Of a stretch of DNA of 64,000 bases, positions 53,770 through 62,973 are shown in pieces. The stretch comes from Nitrospirota bacterium (GTDB taxonomy: Bacteria; Nitrospirota; UBA9217): the NCBI GenBank assembly GCA_963754875.1, contig CAVWHO010000016.1, positions 480,001 to 544,000 on the forward strand, in the 5' to 3' direction. Made by a program: the position numbers and the translations under genes. The notes beneath the pieces are model-generated. The model ran no database searches, was not told where the DNA came from, and saw only the letters and a list, made by a program, of their open reading frames with translations. How positions within the stretch are numbered: position 1 is the stretch's first letter; every line of letters starts with the position of its first letter.

Positions 53770-55008
53770 TCAGCCACTTCGTCTTACCAGAGAATCCGTC
53801 CTCGCGAGCTGCGGAAAAAGGTGCATCGAAATTATCACGACGACGATCGTGCCGATGCCGCCGATCAGTACGGCAGGAACGACGCCGAACCAGGCGGCGG
53901 TCACGCCTGACTCGAACTCGCCAAGCTGGTTCGATGTCCCGATGAACATCGAGTTCACAGCACTTACCCTCCCCCGCATCTCATCCGGCGTCTCGATCTG
54001 GACGAGCGAATGCCGGATCACGACGCTGATCACGTCCGCAGCGCCGAGTACGGCGAGCGAGAAGAGAGACAGGGAGAACGAGGTCGAGAGGCCGAAGACG
54101 ATAGTGGCGATTCCAAAGATGGTCACGGCGCCGAACATGGTCCTTCCGACCCGGCGCTGCAGCGGGTGGCCTGCGAGGAAGAGTGACATGGCCAGCGCGC
54201 CGACAGCAGGCGCTGAGCGCAGCAAACCCAAACCCCACGGCCCGGTCATCAGAATGTCCCGGGCATAGATCGGCAGCAGCGCCGTCGCCCCGCCGAGCAG
54301 CACGGCAAAGAGGTCGAGGGATATAGCGCCGAGAATGTCCGGACGGCTGCGGATGAAGGCGATGCCGGCGAACACCGACTTGAGGCTCGTGGGCTCGCGT
54401 TTTGTATCCAGACGCTCGACACGGATTAGCGCAAGGAAGAGGCTCGCTGCCAGGAACAGGGCGCCGGCTGTTTCGTAAACGGCAGCCGCACCAGCAACAT
54501 ACAAAATCCCGCCAAGAGCGGGACCGAGAATGCTCGCCGTCTGCATGGCCGACGCGGACCACGCGGCAACGCGCGGGAAGAGCTGAGTTGGAACCAGTCC
54601 CGGCAGGAGCGCCTGCATCGTAGGCCCTTCGAAGGCGTGCACCGCTCCCACGATGAACATGATGATGAGGATGCTCTCTTTGCTCTGCCAGCCGCTGTAG
54701 CTTCCCCATGCCAGCACGAGCGCAGCTATTCCCTCGACGACCTGGCAGAGGCGTGCTATGTTGCGCCGATCATAGCGGTCCGCGACATGCCCTACGGCAA
54801 GGGTCAAAAGAAACATTGGCAGAAACTGCGCCAAGCCGACCAAGCCGAGGTACAGCGGGCTGTTCGTGAGGGCGTATATCTGCCACCCCACGGCGACCGC
54901 TTGCATCTGGAAGGCGAGCATGGTCGACACCCGGGCGCACCAGAAGAACGCAAAGGTCTTGTGGCGCAGCATTGACGCTGCGGGAGTGGCAGGGGAAGAC
55001 GGATTCAT
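53770..55008 (-). CDS. MFS transporter (DHA3/EntS-like H+ antiporter)
   Basis: About 12 TM helices, GHVADRYDRR, LDLFAVLLGGATALLP, TPDEMRGRVS, SNQLGEFESG. Confidence 0.9.
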   Translation of the reverse strand: MNPSSPATPAASMLRHKTFAFFWCARVSTMLAFQMQAVAVGWQIYALTNSPLYLGLVGLAQFLPMFLLTLAVGHVADRYDRRNIARLCQVVEGIAALVLAWGSYSGWQSKESILIIMFIVGAVHAFEGPTMQALLPGLVPTQLFPRVAAWSASAMQTASILGPALGGILYVAGAAAVYETAGALFLAASLFLALIRVERLDTKREPTSLKSVFAGIAFIRSRPDILGAISLDLFAVLLGGATALLPIYARDILMTGPWGLGLLRSAPAVGALAMSLFLAGHPLQRRVGRTMFGAVTIFGIATIVFGLSTSFSLSLFSLAVLGAADVISVVIRHSLVQIETPDEMRGRVSAVNSMFIGTSNQLGEFESGVTAAWFGVVPAVLIGGIGTIVVVIISMHLFPQLARTDSLVRRSG

Positions 55009-55012
55009 GGAC

Positions 55013-55243
55013 TTATCTGTTATATATTTTTCTGGTCACGACTTCGAGGATGTAATCGTATCCTTCTTCGGTATGGGGGATAATGCAGTTGGAACAGTCC
55101 TTGACGCCTTTTTTCATGCTGAAATCACCGTCGCAGTCGAGCAAATAGAGCGGACACCAGCAAAAAAGACATGACTTCCATTCTGTAAGCTCATGGCACG
55201 GAAAATAACTGCAGTCCTGATGGACGAAATACCGATGGTTCAT
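55013..55243 (-). CDS. Cysteine-rich small domain (zf-like) protein
   Basis: CSYFPCH...CLFCWCPLY...C...KDCSNCIIPH; SD GGAGG. Confidence 0.88.
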   Translation of the reverse strand: MNHRYFVHQDCSYFPCHELTEWKSCLFCWCPLYLLDCDGDFSMKKGVKDCSNCIIPHTEEGYDYILEVVTRKIYNR

Positions 55244-55271
55244 TCTGTAACTCCTCCCGCGGGAATTTTGC

Positions 55272-55445
55272 TGTTCCAGGTCTTCCGGCTTGGGGCCCAA
55301 ACCTACTCACCCGCCTTCCCATCATGATGTTACTCATGACAGTGGCTTGTGTCCGGGCTTTCGTTCCCTTCACGGCTGCGGGGCAGCGGGAGATTCTCAC
55401 TCCTCTTCCCTGACTTCGTTGATTTGAAAAAAAATTACTCCAATG
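55272..55445 (-). promoter_or_regulatory. Cobalamin (B12) riboswitch
   Basis: Minus strand AGGGAA-GAGGAGTGAGAATCTCC-CGCTGCCCCGCAGCCGTGA...GCCACTG...GGGAAGGC...AGCCGGAAGACCTG (B12 box); 5' boundary approximate. Confidence 0.92.
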
Positions 55446-55606
55446 CGAGCTTCACGTCACTCCTTTCGACGTTCTTCGAGTAACGCCGAGTATACACTCT
55501 TGGAATTTTTTTTCAAGTAGCGAACTGACTGTCGTGCCGGACGTGACAGGCCGGATTTTTGGCACTGCCTGCCGGGCAAACGATGACGTTCCCGGCCGGT
55601 TTCATG

Positions 55607-55635
55607 TTGACAACCGGTCGTCATTTTGTTAGAGT
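55607..55635 (+). promoter_or_regulatory. Sigma70-type promoter of the PFK gene
   Basis: TTGACA-N17-TAGAGT. Confidence 0.65.
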
Positions 55636-55699
55636 TGCGCGGTGCGCAAACAGGCGCAGCGATACAATCAATAGATTTTGAAACTATTGGGAGGCGGTT

Positions 55700-56932
55700 A
55701 TGGCGGGTAAGCTTGCAGTCGTAGTCGGTGGAGGCCCGGCCCCGGGCATTAACGGTGTGATCAGCGCCGTGACGTTCGAGGCGGTGAAGCAGGGGCTGGA
55801 GGTGGTCGGCATTTATGACGGTTTCAAGTGGCTGTCAAAAGGCGACTCTTCCCAGATTCTGAATCTTCATCCTGACGATATATCGCGCATCCACACGCGC
55901 GGCGGGTCTCTGATCCGCACGTCGCGCGAGAACCCCACGAAAGACCCGGCCAAGATGGCCAATGTCATCAAGGCGCTGACCAAGCTCGGCGTCAAATATC
56001 TCGTGACCATCGGCGGAGACGATACGGCCTTCACCTCGACGCGCGTCGAACAGGAAGCGAAGGGCGCAATCTCGGTCTGCCACGTGCCGAAAACCATCGA
56101 CAACGACCTTCCGCTCCCCCACGGGGTGCCGACCTTCGGGTTCGAGACTGCCCGGCAGATGGGGGCGCAGCTCGTCGAAAACCTGATGGAGGACTCGCAG
56201 ACCGCGTTCCGCTGGTATTTCGTCGTGGCCATGGGCCGCTCCGCCGGCCACCTTGCGCTCGGCATGGGCATGGGCGCAGGCGCCACGCTCACCCTCATCC
56301 CCGAGGAGCTGGGCAATAAGATTTCACTCAACAAGGTCGTGGCGATCCTGACCGCGGCCATCGTAAAACGCGCTGCTTTGGGCAGGGCGCACGGCGTCGC
56401 GGTGATCGCCGAGGGCGTTGCCACCCGGTTCGATCCCGAGGAGCTCACGTTCATGAAAGACGTGCCGCGCGACGAGCACGGCAACATCCGTCTGGCCGAG
56501 GTGCCGCTCGGCGATATGCTGAAGCAGCGCGTGACCGCCGAGTTGAACGAAATCGGGCTCAAGACCACGATCATCGCCAAGGACATCGGCTACGAGCTGC
56601 GCTGCCAGCCGCCGACTTCTAATGACCGCGAGTACACGCGTTATCTGGGCTTCAGCGCTGTTCGGTTCCTGGTGGGCGGCGGTTCGGGCGCCATGATCAT
56701 GCTGAAGGACGGCGTTTGCCACCCGATCAAATTCCACGACCTCCTCGATCCCAAGACGGGAAAGACGAGGATCCGAACCGTGGACATCAATTCAGACGAT
56801 TACCATATGGCGCGGCGCTACATGATCAGGCTGGAGAAGGAAGATCTCGAGGGTGAGTCCTTGAAAAAACTCGCTGGAGTGACGAAACTTTCCCCTGATG
56901 AATTTAAGAAGAGATATTGCATAGCAGTGTAG
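55700..56932 (+). CDS. pfp: Pyrophosphate-dependent 6-phosphofructokinase
   Basis: GGGPAPGIN, GGDDT and PKTIDND (Asp/Lys pair diagnostic of PPi use), MGR, GYELR. Confidence 0.88.
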   Translation: MAGKLAVVVGGGPAPGINGVISAVTFEAVKQGLEVVGIYDGFKWLSKGDSSQILNLHPDDISRIHTRGGSLIRTSRENPTKDPAKMANVIKALTKLGVKYLVTIGGDDTAFTSTRVEQEAKGAISVCHVPKTIDNDLPLPHGVPTFGFETARQMGAQLVENLMEDSQTAFRWYFVVAMGRSAGHLALGMGMGAGATLTLIPEELGNKISLNKVVAILTAAIVKRAALGRAHGVAVIAEGVATRFDPEELTFMKDVPRDEHGNIRLAEVPLGDMLKQRVTAELNEIGLKTTIIAKDIGYELRCQPPTSNDREYTRYLGFSAVRFLVGGGSGAMIMLKDGVCHPIKFHDLLDPKTGKTRIRTVDINSDDYHMARRYMIRLEKEDLEGESLKKLAGVTKLSPDEFKKRYCIAV

Positions 56933-56957
56933 GATTTGCTTGAACGGCCAAGGGAAG

Positions 56958-56993
56958 AAAGAGGGACAGCTGCTCAGCGGCTGTCCCTCTTTT
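56958..56993. terminator. Bidirectional terminator between convergent genes
   Basis: AAAGAGGGACAGC-TGCTCAGCG-GCTGTCCCTCTTTT. Confidence 0.85.
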
Positions 56994-56996
56994 GTT

Positions 56997-57278
56997 TTAA
57001 AGCGGAAACCTTCTCTCCCGGGCGATATTCCGCAGGATGATCATGGCGTTGTGCAGACGCTGAAGTTTCATGTTCCTCGTCCGCAGTGCCGCCTGGTTGC
57101 TCAGCTCAATCTTTTCATTCCGCGTCGCAGTGAGTGCCCTGTTCAGGTTTTCGTACAGTTCCTTGATCATGTCCTTGTCGAATTTCTTAAGGAACAGCGG
57201 GTTCACCGAAACGTAGCCTTCTGCCACGTCGAAGGCCACCGACTTCATGCTCTTGCCTCTAAATCCGCTCTCTGCCAT
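56997..57278 (-). CDS. Hypothetical protein
   Basis: 93-aa helical basic protein, SD AGGAG, 8 bp after the upstream gene and before a terminator. Confidence 0.75.
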   Translation of the reverse strand: MAESGFRGKSMKSVAFDVAEGYVSVNPLFLKKFDKDMIKELYENLNRALTATRNEKIELSNQAALRTRNMKLQRLHNAMIILRNIARERRFPL

Positions 57279-57286
57279 GGCCGCTC

Positions 57287-57841
57287 CTACGTCATCCCGC
57301 AGGATTTGATCGTTTTCTCCAGAAGTTCCTGCTTCTTCCGCACCACGTCCAGCTGCCTTTCAATATCTGCGTGGCTGGCGCCTCTGCTGAATTTGTCCTG
57401 GAGCGCCGCTAGATCCGCAGAGAGCTCCCGCGAAGTGTCCTGGAGCAGGGCTTGAGAATTCCTGTGATTCTCACATAGTCGCGTGATTACCATGACCAGT
57501 TCCTTGAGCACCGGATCGTCCGACTCCCGGAGCCGCAGCGACACGTTCACATCTCCGCAGGAAATGTGTTCGAGTGCCCTGCGAATGCGTATGAGGGGAC
57601 CGACAAACGTATGGGAGTACAAGATACCGACAATGCCGATGAAAACCAGGAGCGTGATCAGTGCGATGGGGAGAAAGATGGGCAATTGGACGATTTCTGC
57701 AATTTTTTGAAATACTCGAAGCAGGATCGTGTAAGATATCAAAAGCAAGATGAGAAATACTATGAAACGGAACTGTGAACCCGAAGAGATCGGATGGTTC
57801 TTGCCTCGGCCCATAATGTGTCTTTTCACAATTTTTTGCAT
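57287..57841 (-). CDS. Two-TM membrane protein with HAMP-like domain and coiled-coil tail
   Basis: Two hydrophobic helices then SHTFVGPLIRIRRALEHISCGD...LRLRESD...LKEL. Confidence 0.75.
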   Translation of the reverse strand: MQKIVKRHIMGRGKNHPISSGSQFRFIVFLILLLISYTILLRVFQKIAEIVQLPIFLPIALITLLVFIGIVGILYSHTFVGPLIRIRRALEHISCGDVNVSLRLRESDDPVLKELVMVITRLCENHRNSQALLQDTSRELSADLAALQDKFSRGASHADIERQLDVVRKKQELLEKTIKSCGMT

Positions 57842-58089
57842 ACGTGTTCCTCGGTTGCTCCCGGGAGGTGCAGACTTTATCCCTACAGTTTATTTTCGGA
57901 CTTTTTCAAGGGTGCGTGATGTTGTCAACCTGGAAGACAGCGCCGTCACCGGCGAAATTATCGCACCGGCCGGTATGATTGCGAATGTATTGATTATACC
58001 GGCATTTTGGTATGGCGGTCAAGACCAAAGCAAAATATTTATGTCCAAATTTACTTGAAGTCCCCTGTTCGCTGTGGTACAGTTTTCTC

Positions 58090-59079
58090 ATGCCTCTGAT
58101 CGACATACATAAACGGCGCATCGATTATTTGCGGATTTCGGTCACGGACCGGTGCAACCTGTCCTGCGTCTATTGCAAGCCGAGGAGCGAAATGAAGATG
58201 CTGTCCCATGCTGATATCCTCACCTACGAGGAGATTCTGCGGCTTGTCTCGGTCGCCGTTCCCCTCGGTATATCCAGGGTCCGGGTGACCGGCGGGGAGC
58301 CCCTGACCAGGCGTGGTGTCGTCGATTTCCTGGCCGCGTTAAAACGCATCGCCGGACTGGACGATATCAGCTTGACGACCAACGGCGTTTTTCTTCCCCC
58401 TATGGCAGAAGACCTTGCACGCGCCGGCATGCCGCGGCTCAATATCAGCCTCGATTCGTTGGACGCAAAGAAATTTCTTCAAATCACGGGCAGCGACTCC
58501 TGGGACAAGGTCTGGCGCGGCATCGACCGAGCCGAGGAGCTCGGTTTCTTCCCGCTGAAGCTCAATATGGTGCCCGTTAAAGGATTAAATGATGACGAGA
58601 TTGCAGACTTTGCGCGGCTCACGCTCGGGCGGCGGCTCCATGTCCGTTTTATCGAGTTCATGCCCATTGGCTCAAAAGACCGATGGAGCCGTGATTCGTG
58701 CGTGCCGTCCGAGGAGGTGCGTTCGATCATCGAGCGCGAATTCGGCGCACTCGTTCCGGTTTCTTCGGGAAACTCCGGCGGCCCGTCGTCTAACTTCACG
58801 GTGCCCGGCGCAAAGGGGGTCATCGGCTTCATCAGCCCTATCACCCGTCACTTCTGCGACTCCTGCCGCAGGTTGCGGCTTACGGCGGACGGCAAGATCA
58901 GACCCTGCCTTCTTTCGGACACGGAGATCGACATTAAGTCTCCTCTGCGGGGTGGATGTGATGACAGGGAACTGGAGCGACTCCTAAGGCTGTCGCTTGA
59001 AATCAAGCCTGAGCGGCATTATATCAATGAAACTTCTGACACCTGTTTTCAGCGGACCATGTCGAAAATCGGGGGATGA
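58090..59079 (+). CDS. moaA: GTP 3',8-cyclase MoaA
   Basis: [40 protein letters not shown]...PCL, terminal IGG. Confidence 0.97.
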   Translation: MPLIDIHKRRIDYLRISVTDRCNLSCVYCKPRSEMKMLSHADILTYEEILRLVSVAVPLGISRVRVTGGEPLTRRGVVDFLAALKRIAGLDDISLTTNGVFLPPMAEDLARAGMPRLNISLDSLDAKKFLQITGSDSWDKVWRGIDRAEELGFFPLKLNMVPVKGLNDDEIADFARLTLGRRLHVRFIEFMPIGSKDRWSRDSCVPSEEVRSIIEREFGALVPVSSGNSGGPSSNFTVPGAKGVIGFISPITRHFCDSCRRLRLTADGKIRPCLLSDTEIDIKSPLRGGCDDRELERLLRLSLEIKPERHYINETSDTCFQRTMSKIGG

Positions 59080-59102
59080 ACAGAGATGACGGGAAGTGCA
59101 TC

Positions 59103-59591
59103 GTGACGAACAAACTCAGTCACTTCGACGAGCAGGGCGCCGCCCGCATGGTGGATGTCTCGACAAAAGACGAAACAGTTCGTGAGGCAGTCGCAGAAGG
59201 ACGGGTCATGATGCTTCCCGGAACGCTTTCGCTCATCGTTGACCGCAAAGTCGCCAAGGGGGATGTGTTCGGCGTCGCCCGGCTGGCGGCTATCATGGCG
59301 GCCAAGAAGACCTCTGAGCTGATTCCCCTCTGCCATCCCCTCGCACTTTCATCCGTGGCGATCGACCTGCAACCTGACAAAACGGAATCCTGTGTCCGCA
59401 TTCGCGCAACCGTCAGGACAACGGGAAGGACCGGGGTGGAAATGGAAGCATTGACCGCTGTTTCCGCAGCGGGCCTTACGATCTATGATATGTGCAAGTC
59501 CGTGGACCGGGAAATGACGATCGAAGGCGTACGGCTCATGATGAAATCAGGCGGAAAGAGCGGCACTTTTGAACGAAAAGCAATCTCCTGA
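59103..59591 (+). CDS. moaC: Cyclic pyranopterin monophosphate synthase MoaC
   Basis: [40 protein letters not shown]. Confidence 0.97.
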   Translation: MTNKLSHFDEQGAARMVDVSTKDETVREAVAEGRVMMLPGTLSLIVDRKVAKGDVFGVARLAAIMAAKKTSELIPLCHPLALSSVAIDLQPDKTESCVRIRATVRTTGRTGVEMEALTAVSAAGLTIYDMCKSVDREMTIEGVRLMMKSGGKSGTFERKAIS

Positions 59592-60040
59592 CCTTTTCGC
59601 ATGTTCTATCTCAAACTTCATTGATATACGAATCATTGCCACGGGAATTTTGCTCTTCGTTCGCATTAAAGTTAAAAAAACCATCACAACAGCGCCTTCC
59701 GAAGAAACCCTATCCGAAATTGTTGAGAGTGCCCCTCAGGATCTCTTCCCGCACGCTATGATTCGCACGATTTTTGACTCTTCACAATCTGTCTGCCCAG
59801 CAGAGTCCGCCCTGCAATTCTAAAGCTCGCCCTACTGAGTACAAAGTCGCATTTTTTAGACATATGACCGGCGATAAGGTCGAGGTTTACCCTGACTAAA
59901 GTACAATTGACTAGATATGAATATGTTGCTACGTTTATATTAATCTTGGTATTGCTTTAAGCTCATTACGAGAGTCTGTTCGATCAGGAGAACGGTTAAA
60001 GCAAGGGACGATAAATTGTAAACAAGAAAGGAGAAAACCC

Positions 60041-60343
60041 ATGATAACATATGTTCTTGTTCGTCATAAAGTGAAAGACTTTACGGCATGGAAGCAGGCC
60101 TACGAAACCCACCTCCCGAAGCGAGTCGAGGCAGGTTTGACCGAGACATACCTGTTCCGAAGCGCCGATAATCCCAATGAGGTTGTCATTCTGTTTGAGG
60201 CCAAGGATCTTGATCGGGCAAAAGCGTTCGCAGAGTCCCCGGACCTGCGCGAGACTATGATGAAGGCAGGTGTCGTGGATAAGCCAGACATTTACTTCCT
60301 CAATGACCAGTATAGCGCTCTCAAGGCAGTTTCCGGTTTTTAG
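60041..60343 (+). CDS. Small ferredoxin-like-fold (ABM/cyclase-like) protein
   Basis: VLVRHKVKDF.AWK...DNPNEVVILFE...AKAF..SPDLRE.M.KAGV; SD AAGGAG. Confidence 0.75.
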   Translation: MITYVLVRHKVKDFTAWKQAYETHLPKRVEAGLTETYLFRSADNPNEVVILFEAKDLDRAKAFAESPDLRETMMKAGVVDKPDIYFLNDQYSALKAVSGF

Positions 60344-60685
60344 TGTGGCCGAACCGGGAAAGCAAATGCTTCAACGGGCATGAGCGGCGGTAAAGAAGTT
60401 GTCTGGAATGTTTTTTAGCGGGGTTGGGTACGTCTCTCAAATCTTTCCGGTCATCAATTCCGTGGCGAGCGTGCTACACTAGAGATATAATCAGCATGGA
60501 TTCTGGCCTATTTAGAAAGGGGCAATGATGCCCGCTCATGGAGCGGCGTTCCCCACGCCAAAGGCGGGCAGAGCTGTTCCCAAGCCAAGCGGTAGGCAGT
60601 GGGTTAAAGAAGTTCATGTCAATAATTAATTGCGGTCTCTGCTGACCGGAAGCCACAAGGCATGGACAGTGGAAGGAGGTTTTCC

Positions 60686-61498
60686 ATGAATGCGCAACAA
60701 CAAACTATGCGACAGCCGTTCCTGTCGCAATGGACCTTTGCGGACCGTATCGCGGAAGTCGGCGTCGGTCTGGCCGTCCTTGCAGGCGTCGCAGCAATTC
60801 TTTCTGGTCTCGGGACCCGGTGGGGATGGTGGTACTACATGACCGGGCTTACCCTGTTGAGGGTCGCTGCGATAAGCGGCATTGTGTCGGCAATCGTTTC
60901 CCTGGCCGGCGGTGTACTTGCGCGGCACGAGCACCGTGGTATGATATTTTTTGCAGCAGCCGCAGGCATCCTGGTCGGGCTGCTTACTGCCGGTATCCCC
61001 TGGTCGTGGGCGCACCGGGCTGAACAAATGCCGCTGATCCACGACATATCGACGGACATGATGAATCCGCCGCAGTTTAAGGCCATCATGCCGCTCAGGG
61101 CCGACGCGGAGAATCCTGCCGTATATAAGGGACCGGAAACCGCATCGCAACAAATGAGCGCGTACCCGGACATCCGGCCTCTCGTGCTTTCCAGTTCTCC
61201 GGCAACGGCCTTTGACACGGCACTTGCCACTGCAAAAAATATGGGCTGGCAAATCGTAGACAGTAATGCTAAGGAAGGACGGATCGAGGCAATTGCAACC
61301 ACGTTCTGGTTCGGGTTTAAAGATGACATCGTCGTCCGCGTGACCCCCGGGCTGAAAGGAAGCAGGGTTGATATACGGTCCGCGTCGCGTGTGGGTCTGA
61401 GTGATATCGGCACCAATGCCGACCGTATTCGCACGTTCCTGCAGAAGATGAATGAGGCCGGGGGATCGACCGGCAGCGGCGAAGACGTTGGATATTGA
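60686..61498 (+). CDS. DUF1499 domain membrane protein
   Basis: Three TM helices, PLIHDISTD, GRIEA.ATTFWFGFKDDIVVRV, DIRSASRVG.SDIGTNA.RI. Confidence 0.88.
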   Translation: MNAQQQTMRQPFLSQWTFADRIAEVGVGLAVLAGVAAILSGLGTRWGWWYYMTGLTLLRVAAISGIVSAIVSLAGGVLARHEHRGMIFFAAAAGILVGLLTAGIPWSWAHRAEQMPLIHDISTDMMNPPQFKAIMPLRADAENPAVYKGPETASQQMSAYPDIRPLVLSSSPATAFDTALATAKNMGWQIVDSNAKEGRIEAIATTFWFGFKDDIVVRVTPGLKGSRVDIRSASRVGLSDIGTNADRIRTFLQKMNEAGGSTGSGEDVGY

Positions 61499-61675
61499 TG
61501 CATGCCAATTTGGCAGGCATCTTCTCGCCTCCGGCGCAAAGGGACGGTGTGGCTGCAGCGTTTCGACTTTGGTTGTGAAGATCAGAGAGCGGGGACGCTG
61601 AAAATACGTCGGTTCCCGCCTCCGTCCCTGTTGCCGTCCTTTTACCGTGAGGTGTTTTTTTCGATTACTCTTTTG

Positions 61676-62563
61676 CTATGTGCTGAAGAGTATATCCAGG
61701 AAGGAAGTCTGGTAAACCGTCATTTTTTTATCCTTTCTGGTGATTACGCAAAGATGCTCAAGCGGAAGCAAATGACCAACCGAAACAAAAGATAAGTTCC
61801 TTTTCTTAAGAACAGCCAGATCTTTTACTATCGAGGCAAAAGAAACACCGAGCCCCATTTCCACGTAGAGAGAGCTTAGTTCAATGTTGGAAGATTCCAT
61901 GATTACAGAATACGGTATGTTCTGCTTACGGAAAAGTGATTCCAGCCTGTTTCTCTGGGGAGCGTCACTTCTGCTCGGTGGCAGGATAAGTGGCGTTTGA
62001 GCGATTTCCGCGAGGGAAATTTTCTTTTTTCCGGATAATGGATGTCCCGCAGGCATCAGTAAGACGGGTTCGACCATTTTCCACCGCCGTTTCTGCAATG
62101 CGCCTGTTACTGCGCTTTCGAGCGCCATGCCCATATCTACGTCGCCGCTCTTGACCAGCTCGACCACCTCTTTCTGCGGCCGGTCAAGGAGGGACAGCTC
62201 GACCCAGGGAAACTGCCTGTGATATTTTTTTATGATCCCGGGAAGCAGATGATAAAGGGTCGTAAAGGGCGCGGCCATTCGTAATCGTCCCCTTTTGAGC
62301 TCCCTATGCTCAGCGATGTCCTCGTGTAACTGGTTGCAGCCCTGAAGCACAGATTCCGCGAATTTGAAGAACCGTTCCCCGAGAGGGGTTACTAGGACCT
62401 GCCTTTTCCCGATCCTTTCCAGTAATTGGCAATCAAACTCCCTTTCGAGGGCCTTGATCTGTTGCGTCAGTGCGGATTGCGTTCTCAAGGTGGCTTCTGC
62501 TGCCCGTGTAAAGCTCTTGAGCCTTGCTACCTGATAGAAACCGATGATCTGCTGCCATTCCAT
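61676..62563 (-). CDS. LysR family transcriptional regulator
   Basis: SFTRAAEATLRTQSALTQQIKALE HTH, LysR substrate-binding domain, VEMGLGVS. Confidence 0.93.
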   Translation of the reverse strand: MEWQQIIGFYQVARLKSFTRAAEATLRTQSALTQQIKALEREFDCQLLERIGKRQVLVTPLGERFFKFAESVLQGCNQLHEDIAEHRELKRGRLRMAAPFTTLYHLLPGIIKKYHRQFPWVELSLLDRPQKEVVELVKSGDVDMGMALESAVTGALQKRRWKMVEPVLLMPAGHPLSGKKKISLAEIAQTPLILPPSRSDAPQRNRLESLFRKQNIPYSVIMESSNIELSSLYVEMGLGVSFASIVKDLAVLKKRNLSFVSVGHLLPLEHLCVITRKDKKMTVYQTSFLDILFST

Positions 62564-62721
62564 ATCCGGCCTCCCGCCTGCCGTCATCGTTTTGTCAAAA
62601 TACTGCGATTAATTTTTCTGATTGCTTTTGCTTTTCAAGATGTTCTTAACAATTCTCTTGTCTCCCCCCTGAAAATCGGCTAAAAGTAGTGTTGATAACA
62701 CCCTCAAGGGAGAGCATGCTC

Positions 62722-62973
62722 ATGTCGAACACGTCGCGTGTTGCTCGTTTTATCATCTGGATCTGTTCCAAGTTCACTCGCGTTGAAATTGAACAGATCA
62801 CCGCCGGGTTACAGGATGTTCTCCAAAATCGCAATCCGGAAGTGAAACCGAAAGACGATTTTAAAGAGAAGCATCCAAACTACCGGCAGTTCGCGGTCGA
62901 TCCAAAACCGCCGCTCACCGAACCGCTGCTCGAAAAAAAACACAAGAAACGAAAGACTACAACCAACTCTTAG
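62722..62973 (+). CDS. IS ORF A / N-terminal part of the transposase
   Basis: SD AAGGGAG; the frame ends just after an A8 run and overlaps the transposase frame. Confidence 0.7.
   Translation: MSNTSRVARFIIWICSKFTRVEIEQITAGLQDVLQNRNPEVKPKDDFKEKHPNYRQFAVDPKPPLTEPLLEKKHKKRKTTTNS

Noticed and set aside
57842..58089. Moco riboswitch upstream of moaA
   Set aside because: Only a simple hairpin (GCCGGTAT...ATACCGGC) is present; I see no Moco motif core, and moaA looks leaderless.
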